64,000 bases of DNA, from contig CAZUBG010000004.1 in NCBI GenBank assembly GCA_964618545.1, positions 73 through 64,072 of the forward strand, read 5' to 3'. The notes under the pieces were generated by a model. It was not told the DNA's origin, did not search any database, and worked only from the letters and a program-made list of their open reading frames with translations. Positions 1 to 7,787 of the stretch are shown here, piece by piece. The translations under genes were made by a program, and so were the position numbers. Source of the stretch: an uncultured Bifidobacteriaceae bacterium. GTDB lineage: Bacteria > Verrucomicrobiota > Verrucomicrobiia > Limisphaerales > UBA11358. Each line of letters starts with the position of its first letter. Position 1 is the stretch's first letter.

Positions 1-61
1 GGGGAAGGGTTGTGTTTACTGCGTTGCAGACGTTGCACCTGGGTCCGTTGAAGTTGCTCAC
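1..61 (-). CDS. 5' end of an unnamed CDS running off the left edge (GTG start at 59-61)
   Basis: Read by eye on the minus strand: AAGGAG about 6 nt upstream of a GTG, then an open frame (VSNFNGPRCNVCNAVNTTLP) to position 1. It starts 22 nt downstream of the stop of the 1253-aa ORF, so it is probably co-transcribed. It is absent from the ORF track because it is truncated. Confidence 0.35.
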   Translation of the reverse strand, partial: MSNFNGPRCNVCNAVNTTLP

Positions 62-83
62 GTTGTCTCCTTTTCGTTAATGG

Positions 84-3000
84 TTAGTTGTCTATGGGAA
101 TGGTAAAAACTCTGGCATTGGCCAGCGCCGAAGTGATCGCATGGTCGTAACCTCCCGCGCCGCCCGCGCCGGGGAGGATCGTCACTTCCGCCTCGTTGTT
201 TTCCACCGTATTGTCGGCAATAAATGGGATGCCGGAATCTCCGCCCGCGTCAAACAGCGCCGGGTTGGCCGAACACCATGCGACATCCAGATATGCGTAA
301 TTCTGCGGTAGCGCGATGACGGCGGTGTCTTGCAGCCCTTCCAAAAGGTAAACCAGCGCCGTCACGCCAACCATGCTTTGGGGTGGAATTTCATCATCAT
401 TAAGCACGAAGTCACCAAACCATCCTGTTGGAATGATGCCTCCGTCAGTGACGGAACCATCAAAGTAATGCAGGGGCGCAATCGGAGAAGTGGCGGCGCA
501 CAAATTCACGTCAAAATAGGCGTAAGCCCTCAAATAATCCCCGCCAGTGTCTTCAAAGAAATCAGCCGCAAACATTATTGACGAAGCAACCTGAGAAATT
601 GGGGGAGTAGTGAATTGGGCGTAATCACCCGCTTGAACCGACCAGCGCATCGGAACGGCGACCTGGTTTAGAATGAACGGAAGGTTAAGACGGGCATACA
701 GAGTCCGTGCGTCCGCAATGTCAACCCAGCGGTAGGTTTGCGCCACGGTCTGGAAGGTGGAATCGAAACCATAGGCAGCCCAGATAACCGACGCTGGCGT
801 GGTGGTTCCATAATTGTCATATGTAAACACAATTTCCGCAGCCAAGGGAGCGCCATACCCATCCGGCAGTGTCGCCTGCACCGTCATCCCAAGGGATCCC
901 AGGTATGTGCCGACCGGGTCAGCGCCCGTGGTGCCCGCCGCATTTGTGCTGGGTCCATTCCAACAGAAATAAGCCGTGCGAGGCCAGTACGTTTCCGGCC
1001 ATGGGGTGCCACTCCCGCCACCATTGGGCTGCTCCTCGTCGCCATCGCCGGGCGGCGTGGGGATTGCGACCGGGTAAAAAAACGGGATGAAGCTCAAGCC
1101 GGAACCGTCACCAACGCTGGTATCAAACGTGGCGGGGGAACCAATCAGTGGCGGATAAAGAAGTGGGTTACTGGGGTCTGCTGCGGTCCATGGCCGCAGT
1201 GGACAAGCAAGTGCGTTACACGAGAGGATGGTCGGGGTGGTGCCTGACGCCTGTGCCACCGTGACAATGCCGCCGGTGGCATTGACGGTGGCAACCACAA
1301 GGTTCATCCCGATTGGATCGCCAGCTTGATAACTGACACCCGGGTTTACGATGATGATGTTTGCCGGCGCAAAGTTCAGCGTAAACAGCATCGTATTCTC
1401 CGGAGAATCAGGCGGCAGCCACTTGGATGGCGGGGCGGCGTTCAGAAGGCCGGCCAGCGTGTTGTAGTGTTCGGCCTGGCATGGCAGGACATTCTCCGCT
1501 TCAACCGTGACCCCGTCAAAGGCTTCTCCCCCGTATGCGCCGCCAAAGTATGGGCTTCCCGGAAGCAGGCCGCCTGGGAAAGGAGCTCCGGCCAGCACCA
1601 CTTGGTAGTTATACAATCCGGCCGGGCTTCCGATGCTCTGAAACATCCAGTCGGTCAGCGGGCTGTTGCCGGGAAAGACGGAGGTGTTCTTTTCAATCCC
1701 CGCGCTCTCAAACGTCCCCAGGTCGTTCAGCCATGAATTAAACACCGACCACACATCCGGCGTCGTCGAGAACTGTCCCGGTCGGGATATGCCGGTCTCC
1801 GGCACCAGCGCCGGCGTCGCCACGGTGTCCACGCTGATCGGATTCGTTGAGTAAAACGGCACGAGGTTGGACTGCTGAAAAGTGTAGCAGTGGTCGGTGC
1901 GCGGGAAGTTCCACTGCATGAACCTGGTGGACGGGCTGGTCGGCGGGAAAATGCCGAACTCGTATGGCCATTCGTTGCCGGTGCCGCTGGAATTCCAGTA
2001 CCGCGTCTGGTTCAGGTAGATTCCCCTCGTCACAATCAGTGCCAGTCCATTGGCTTGAACTGAGAGAATAAAGACCCGGCCGTTGGTCGCCCCCCCCACG
2101 CCGTTGAATGTCGCGTTCAGCGGCCACGTCTCCTGCCAGGTCAGGATGTGGCCGTGGACGGTGGATTGCAGGTTAAAGTTGCCAGCCGTCACCACCGAGC
2201 CGGTCCCGGCCGCAGCGTTCTGTACGGTGTTCGTTATCAGGGACTCGGCGGTCGCCACACTGGTCATGACAGTCAGCAGCTCGGATGCTTCTGTCATCGT
2301 GCTCCCGGCATTCGTCACCGTCACCGTCGCGCTTCCCGTTTCAGTGGGATTCCCGTCGTCATCGTCACCCCGTTCATTGTAGCTGTAGTTCGTAGTGGCC
2401 GAAGTCGGGGCGATGCACCACATATTAAACCAGAACAACGGCAACACCACACTTGGCGCGATTGCCACCCCTCCAATGCCGGTTCCCGGCGTCTGCGACG
2501 GCCCCACCGCCACGGCCGGCACCGGCGTTGACCCGCCGGTGCAGAACGTCGCGAACGGGCTGCTCAGGTCAATCAATGCCAGCGTCACCGTCGCTTCCGT
2601 CGAATTGTCCCAAAAGGGGGCGTATAGCTCAATATTGGCGACCCCGGAAACCGTGATCGGGCGCTGGCTTATCCCGGACCCGGACAGCATGTTTGACAGG
2701 TTGGCGAACCCGGTGAACGGCAGCACCGCCGAAGTGCCGTTGCCCCGGAGAGCCACCATGACGTTGCCTTTGGAGATCGCCAGGTCGCCGAGCAGATCGC
2801 CCGTCCCAAGCGCCGGGAAGTATCCATATTTCGTCCCGTTTAGCACCGGCAGCGGATTCTCCGCGCTGCCCGGTGTGTACGATGCGTTATTCAACACTGG
2901 CGATGCGTCCCAGAACTGTGTGGCGTTGAATGTCTTGCCAAAATTCGTCGGGCTCACCGCCGCCAGCACGTCTGCGACGATGCCCGGGGCGAACGGTGCG

Positions 3001-3845
3001 GCGGCGCCGCCGGACGTCTCCAAGTGCTGAAGGAATCTTGGATCCCCTGATTCCATCCAATGGAAATAACTGCCGCATCCGCCCCACGTCCCGGATGCCA
3101 GCTTCCGTGCGCAGAACGATGCTCCAGCCCCGACCGTCTGTGTCACGCCGCCGAACGTCGCGCTAATGCTTCCATTCGAGCAGTTGTGCAGCCGCACAAA
3201 GCTGTACTTGTTCCAGGCGGACGACCAGGTGAAATTGCCAGCCACGAACACATCCACCGGCTTGAACAATTGCACATGCTCCGCCGTCGTCTGGTCCTTA
3301 AACGAAACCGCATAACTTGTGCCTCCAATGTTTACCGTCCACACCTGCAGGCTGACATCAAGACAGTTGATCAGCGGGATGGTCGTTTGGATCGTGCCGC
3401 CGCCCGTCGTGTAGATGGTCGCCACTCCATATGCCGTATAATTCGTCGTCGGCAATCCATTCGGATACACCGCCGCCAGCCAGGTGGCCCAGGGCGCATG
3501 GTTAAGCACCGCCACCCCCGTGGTGGACGAGTGCGACGCCACCGTGCAACCGGCCAGCAAACTCGCAAACGGGGCGTCATTGTATTGCCGGCAGAACAGC
3601 AAATAGACCCAAAACGGATTGCTGCCGAAAAAATTGGCGAGCCAGCTCTGGGCGGCCGGATGCAGGTTGGCGGGGGCCGTTAGTGGATTGAAAAAGAAAA
3701 ACGGACGGTCCCAATGGGTGTCCACCCCGGCCAGCACTGCCGAAAACCCGCCCAGCGCCGTCTTCATCTGCGCATCCGCCGCCTGAAAGATCGCATTCCA
3801 CTGCACCGCCGTCAGCGACGCCCCTGGATTGATGTAACTGATCAT
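84..3845 (-). CDS. Giant hypothetical protein (1253 aa), possibly a virion, tail-fibre or receptor-binding type structural protein
   Basis: Uninterrupted 3.76-kb ORF with an ATG at 3843-3845 preceded by GAAGGA. Composition is complex and rich in G/T/S/N/A, with no catalytic motifs I recognise. All overlapping ORFs are short with R/P-rich shadow composition. The function is guessed only from size, composition and context. Confidence 0.75.
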   Translation of the reverse strand: MISYINPGASLTAVQWNAIFQAADAQMKTALGGFSAVLAGVDTHWDRPFFFFNPLTAPANLHPAAQSWLANFFGSNPFWVYLLFCRQYNDAPFASLLAGCTVASHSSTTGVAVLNHAPWATWLAAVYPNGLPTTNYTAYGVATIYTTGGGTIQTTIPLINCLDVSLQVWTVNIGGTSYAVSFKDQTTAEHVQLFKPVDVFVAGNFTWSSAWNKYSFVRLHNCSNGSISATFGGVTQTVGAGASFCARKLASGTWGGCGSYFHWMESGDPRFLQHLETSGGAAAPFAPGIVADVLAAVSPTNFGKTFNATQFWDASPVLNNASYTPGSAENPLPVLNGTKYGYFPALGTGDLLGDLAISKGNVMVALRGNGTSAVLPFTGFANLSNMLSGSGISQRPITVSGVANIELYAPFWDNSTEATVTLALIDLSSPFATFCTGGSTPVPAVAVGPSQTPGTGIGGVAIAPSVVLPLFWFNMWCIAPTSATTNYSYNERGDDDDGNPTETGSATVTVTNAGSTMTEASELLTVMTSVATAESLITNTVQNAAAGTGSVVTAGNFNLQSTVHGHILTWQETWPLNATFNGVGGATNGRVFILSVQANGLALIVTRGIYLNQTRYWNSSGTGNEWPYEFGIFPPTSPSTRFMQWNFPRTDHCYTFQQSNLVPFYSTNPISVDTVATPALVPETGISRPGQFSTTPDVWSVFNSWLNDLGTFESAGIEKNTSVFPGNSPLTDWMFQSIGSPAGLYNYQVVLAGAPFPGGLLPGSPYFGGAYGGEAFDGVTVEAENVLPCQAEHYNTLAGLLNAAPPSKWLPPDSPENTMLFTLNFAPANIIIVNPGVSYQAGDPIGMNLVVATVNATGGIVTVAQASGTTPTILSCNALACPLRPWTAADPSNPLLYPPLIGSPATFDTSVGDGSGLSFIPFFYPVAIPTPPGDGDEEQPNGGGSGTPWPETYWPRTAYFCWNGPSTNAAGTTGADPVGTYLGSLGMTVQATLPDGYGAPLAAEIVFTYDNYGTTTPASVIWAAYGFDSTFQTVAQTYRWVDIADARTLYARLNLPFILNQVAVPMRWSVQAGDYAQFTTPPISQVASSIMFAADFFEDTGGDYLRAYAYFDVNLCAATSPIAPLHYFDGSVTDGGIIPTGWFGDFVLNDDEIPPQSMVGVTALVYLLEGLQDTAVIALPQNYAYLDVAWCSANPALFDAGGDSGIPFIADNTVENNEAEVTILPGAGGAGGYDHAITSALANARVFTIPIDN

Positions 3846-3883
3846 TTATCCTTCGTTTCTTTTTTGTTCGTGTCGGTCTTTTT

Positions 3884-4085
3884 CTTTGTGTTCTCTGCGT
3901 TCTTTGCGGTTAAAACCAGGCCGAGGTCCGGCTTTCGCGGTTAATTTTTTCCATTTCCCCGGCTTTCTTCGTTGCCTTCGTTTGCTTCTGTTAAATTTCC
4001 GCTTTCCGCTTTCCGCTTTTGTCTATGTGTTCTTTGCGTTCTCTGCGGTTAAATTTTCCCCGTTTCCGCTTTCTGCTTTCACCCC
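3884..4085. repeat. Intergenic modular repeat array A
   Basis: R1 GTGTTCTCTGCGTTCTTTGCGGTTAAA at 3888-3914 and a variant at 4027-4053. R2 GGCTTTCTTCGTTGCCTTCGTTTGCTTCTGTTAA at 3961-3994. CCGCTTT heptad runs at 3995-4020 and 4060-4080. A GGCCGAGGTCCGGC hairpin-type module at 3918-3944. Confidence 0.9.
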
Positions 4086-6725
4086 TCACATCCAAACCGC
4101 CCCCGTGGACGTGCTTCCGCCCCCGGCCCCCAACCGCACCTTGATGAGTTGCACCCCCGTTCCCGTGATCGCCTGCAGCGCCACCCCCACGCTCGGCGTG
4201 CCCCCCGCCACCAGGTACGCCCCGTTCGTTGAGAAGTCCGACCCGCCGGTCGAGGACAACCCAATCGCCTGGTTCACCGTCACCGGCCCCATCACCTGCG
4301 CGTAACTGTCCCCCGCCATCTGGAGCGGAAATGTCCCGCCCGTCGGCTCGTTGTGCCGCACCGTCACCCCCAGGAATACATTCGTCCCCGTCGCCGCCAC
4401 CGACGCCGGCGGCGTCGCCACATTCGCGCCCGCCGTGCCAATGATCGGCGATCCCACCGGCAGCGTCGCCGGCAGTCCCGTGGCTCCCGGCGTAAACCAG
4501 GTGTAATGCAGGTTCTCGTCCACCTCGCCGCGCAGCACCTTCTGAAACAGCTTCAGCAAATTCTGATTCTCCAGCGTGCGCAACCCCGCGTTCAACCGCT
4601 TCTGGTCCGCCGTCTCCTGCCGCAACTCCTGTTGCCCGGGAAACAACGAGTTCTGCAGGCTCCGCCGGTCCAGTTCCCGCTCCGGCTCGAACCGGTCCCG
4701 CGCGCGTTCCGCCGTGAAATCCACCACTTCAATGATTCCGTCCGGCCCCACCTGGATCTGCACCCGGTCAATGCACGAACTCGTCCCCGGAGCCAGCGCC
4801 TGCCCGAATTCCTCGATCGGCAGCTTCGGATTCCATTTCAAATTGTAACCCCCTTGCAGATAAAATTGCTGCACCAGCAGTAGCGCCTCCGCCACCGTGG
4901 CCGCCTTCTGATTTGCCGTCAGATTGTCCGCGTACGGGATTTCCGTGAACACTCCGGGATTGTTCGCGTCATTCAAAAACTCCTGCATCAGACCGTTCAC
5001 CGGTTCCACCCGGTTGCGCCCCGGCGTCGCCTGGTCCGCCGTATAGACCGGCTGCCCGCTCGCCGTCACCCACCCCGTCGTCCCCTGCCAAAACGTGTAA
5101 CGCTCCGCCTCGAACACCAGCGCCGCCATCACCGTCGGCGTCTGCAGTTGAAAGGCCGCGTTCAAAAATGTGTAATTGTTGGGATTGTTGGCCGGCGGCG
5201 TGATCAGGATCCCGTTCGGGTCCGGCGCCGCCACAAACACCGGCGTGTCAGCAATCACAAACCGGATGCCCTCCCCGCTGTCGTCAATCTGGAAATTCAC
5301 CGAACTCCAGCCCCGGCTCCCCGCGTTGAAAAATTTCTGGTTGATCCGGTCCGGCTGCGCCAGCCGGAACAAATCCTCCCCCACCTGATAACCCTGCACC
5401 GCCAGCACCCCGTTCCCGTCCACCGGCTGCGTCGGGTCCGCCGTCATCAACCCCGTCGCATAGTCCAGATACACCCGGCACAACAATTGGTCCGCGATCG
5501 GCGCGCTGTCCAGCGGGATCAACTTCCCCTGCGCATTCTGAATGTCCGTGAAATTCGGCTTGAACGCCCGGAACACCAGGCTCGATAGGTACAACGCCGC
5601 CGGCATGTCCATCCGCCACCGGCCGCTGAACTTCCGGTTGTCCGTGAAATTCGCCGCGTCCGCGTTCCCCGACCGCGCCGCGCGCAGCGCAATGTATTGC
5701 CCCACCGTGATCTCCAGCGCCATCGCCTTCGCCGCCCCGTACCCGAACCATTGATCCGTGTCCCCGGTGAAGGCCGTGAACGGTGTCATCACCCCCGTCG
5801 CCGGGTCAATCCCGCTCTCATTCTGGAAGATGTCCTGCACGAACAATTCCACGTCAATAAACTGACTCCACGCCGCCGCCCAATCCGCCTTCATCGGCAA
5901 ATTCAAAATCTGGTACCGGCTCCGATCCCCCAGCACAATGATGTTCGTGGCATTCTCCGTCAGCGTGATCCCCTGCCGCCGCTCATCCGCATTCACCGGA
6001 AACGGCAGCGGCAGCAGCCCGTAACCCTTGCGGTTGAACACCAGCCGGAAATCCCCCGCCCAGATCGGCGCCCCCTCGTCCTGGGCCGGACGCGGATCAT
6101 GACAGAACACCAGCCCCGTTTTTTCACAGACCAGGTTCAAAAAGGCGTCCAGCCGCATCCCGCTCGTCGCATCCATCTCAAAAATCGGCCCGTTCAGCAG
6201 CCCCGCCGGCCACAACCCGTTCCCCGTCAAATCCCATTCCCAGTCCGTGTAAACCGTCGGTGCCTGAAATGCATACTCCAAAATCTGCCATGCCATCAAT
6301 GGACTGTTGGTGTACGTCTTCGTCTGGCTGAACCAATTCTGCGGCAGAATGTGCCAGTAGCGCTTTATCCGCATCCCGTTGATCAGCCGCACATCCGGCA
6401 TGTTGAACGCCCCCAGCACCCAGTCCCAGGTCAGGAAATACCGCAAATCCACAAATTCCAGCGTCCGCAGCATCCCCGAACTCGACTGCACCAGCGTGTC
6501 CGATTTGCACACCCCCGCAAAATAATGCCCCCCGATCTGGATCGTCACCAGCGCCCCCGCCGTCACTGGCACCGTCGTGCCCACATATACCAGCGTCGCC
6601 GTCGCCGGCGACGAGCCCCACGAAAAACTCCCCGCCATGGACTGTGCCGCCAGCGTCCGCGCCGCCTGCGTCGCCCCTCCCCGCGGGGGGGCCCCGCAAT
6701 TAACCGTGATCGGTGCTCCATTCAT
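4086..6725 (-). CDS. Large hypothetical protein (879 aa), possibly a tail or baseplate-type structural protein
   Basis: 2.6-kb ORF with an ATG at 6723-6725. It contains a coiled-coil-like stretch (ERELDRRSLQNSLFPGQQELRQETADQKRLNAGLRTLENQN) followed by a G/T/A-rich C-terminal domain. I recognise no enzymatic motif. The function is inferred from context only. Confidence 0.75.
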   Translation of the reverse strand: MNGAPITVNCGAPPRGGATQAARTLAAQSMAGSFSWGSSPATATLVYVGTTVPVTAGALVTIQIGGHYFAGVCKSDTLVQSSSGMLRTLEFVDLRYFLTWDWVLGAFNMPDVRLINGMRIKRYWHILPQNWFSQTKTYTNSPLMAWQILEYAFQAPTVYTDWEWDLTGNGLWPAGLLNGPIFEMDATSGMRLDAFLNLVCEKTGLVFCHDPRPAQDEGAPIWAGDFRLVFNRKGYGLLPLPFPVNADERRQGITLTENATNIIVLGDRSRYQILNLPMKADWAAAWSQFIDVELFVQDIFQNESGIDPATGVMTPFTAFTGDTDQWFGYGAAKAMALEITVGQYIALRAARSGNADAANFTDNRKFSGRWRMDMPAALYLSSLVFRAFKPNFTDIQNAQGKLIPLDSAPIADQLLCRVYLDYATGLMTADPTQPVDGNGVLAVQGYQVGEDLFRLAQPDRINQKFFNAGSRGWSSVNFQIDDSGEGIRFVIADTPVFVAAPDPNGILITPPANNPNNYTFLNAAFQLQTPTVMAALVFEAERYTFWQGTTGWVTASGQPVYTADQATPGRNRVEPVNGLMQEFLNDANNPGVFTEIPYADNLTANQKAATVAEALLLVQQFYLQGGYNLKWNPKLPIEEFGQALAPGTSSCIDRVQIQVGPDGIIEVVDFTAERARDRFEPERELDRRSLQNSLFPGQQELRQETADQKRLNAGLRTLENQNLLKLFQKVLRGEVDENLHYTWFTPGATGLPATLPVGSPIIGTAGANVATPPASVAATGTNVFLGVTVRHNEPTGGTFPLQMAGDSYAQVMGPVTVNQAIGLSSTGGSDFSTNGAYLVAGGTPSVGVALQAITGTGVQLIKVRLGAGGGSTSTGAVWM

Positions 6726-6843
6726 GTTTCAATCATCCCGGTGGGGCGGCGCTGCGGCGCCGCCCAAATATTAGAACCAGCCGCAGGCTGGTAAAATCCC
6801 CTTTTTTGTTCGCATGTTTCTAGGTTTAATAAATTCCAGGTTT

Positions 6844-6925
6844 CCCGGCTTTCTTCGTTGCCTTCGTTTGCTTCTGTTAACTTTCTGCTTTTGTCTATGC
6901 GTTCTCTGCGTTCTTTGCGGTCAAA
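6844..6925. repeat. Intergenic modular repeat array B
   Basis: R2 at 6847-6880 is identical to the 34-mer at 3961-3994. R1 at 6896-6925 overlaps the 3' end of the 209-aa ORF. A separate perfect 9-bp GC hairpin (GGGCGGCGC TGCG GCGCCGCCC, 6744-6765) lies 18 nt upstream of the 879-aa start codon. Confidence 0.9.
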
Positions 6926-7524
6926 TATCCCTGTTTCTGCTTTAACTCTATGTCCACCACCCCCCAGCATCGCGCGATCGCGTCCAGTATTTCCCGGCTC
7001 TCCGCCGTCAACCCCGCCCGCCGGGCCTCGTCATAAACCCGCCAGAAATCCATCAGTTCCAACTGATGCTCCAATAACCGGTCATCCCCCGGTTGCCGCA
7101 GCAGCGCCACCAATTGATCCAGCAGCGGCATCCCCTCCTCTTTAAAATTATCATACGCCGCCCGCAGCTCCGGCGAATTTCGTAGCTTGCTCAGCGCCGA
7201 CCGTTCCAGCACCTCCACCTGCCCGAGCGTCAGCCCCAGGGCCTCGCCAATCTCCCGCTTCCCCCGGAACTCCCCCGGCTTCGCCCCGATCCCCAGTTTG
7301 TGTGGACAACGGTGGTCATTCTTCTTGTGCAGCCATTGCTTCCGCGCCTGGGCGCAGGCCGGGCAAACCCGCCGGTTCACTCGCCGCCAGACCTCCTTGT
7401 TGCCTTTGCCCTGAGACTGCCCCGTCTGAAATTTCAGTTTTATCCGTTTCTGCACATATTCAAACGGCTGTCCACAGTGGACACACCGCCCGCGCTTCAT
7501 TGCTTCATTTGCCTTTGTTCGCAT
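6895..7524 (-). CDS. Zn-ribbon protein with a sigma-70 region-4-like HTH (putative transcription regulator or late-gene activator)
   Basis: CVHCG...CPAC cysteine pairs lie in the N-terminal 60 aa. REIGEALGLTLGQVEVLERSALSKLR matches the sigma-70 region 4 / LuxR-type HTH pattern, and no region 2 is present. The start is ATG at 7524 or 7500. The last ~12 codons (LTAKNAENA) are encoded by repeat module R1. Confidence 0.65.
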   Translation of the reverse strand: MRTKANEAMKRGRCVHCGQPFEYVQKRIKLKFQTGQSQGKGNKEVWRRVNRRVCPACAQARKQWLHKKNDHRCPHKLGIGAKPGEFRGKREIGEALGLTLGQVEVLERSALSKLRNSPELRAAYDNFKEEGMPLLDQLVALLRQPGDDRLLEHQLELMDFWRVYDEARRAGLTAESREILDAIARCWGVVDIELKQKQGYLTAKNAENA

Positions 7525-7544
7525 ATTTCGCGGTTAAAAATTCC

Positions 7545-7787
7545 AGCCTTTTTCTTTGTGTTCTCTGCTTTCCGCTTTCAGCATTTGGTCTTTGCGTTCT
7601 CTGCGTTCTTTGCGGTTAAATTTCCCGTCTTTTCTTTCGGCCTCTGTGCCCTCTGTGCCTCTGTGGTTAAAAAATTTCAGCTTTCTGCTTTCCCGCTTTC
7701 CGCTTTGATCTATGTGTTCTCTGCGTTCTTTGCGGTTAAATTTTTCCGTTCCCGCTTTTCCGCTTTCCGCTTTCCGCTTTTGTCTTT
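7545..7787. repeat. Intergenic modular repeat array C
   Basis: R1 with three 9-mers at 7588-7620 and R1 at 7714-7740. R5 CCTCTGTGCCCTCTGTGCCTCTGTGGTTAAAAAA at 7641-7674. Heptad (CCGCTTT-type) runs at 7563-7580, 7677-7707 and 7745-7782. Confidence 0.9.

Noticed and set aside
3884-7787. The repeat arrays as possible CRISPR arrays.
   Set aside because: The units are 7-10 bp tandem motifs combined into 25-35-nt modules of several different families. There are no regularly spaced unique spacers, no uniform repeat length, no leader and no cas genes.
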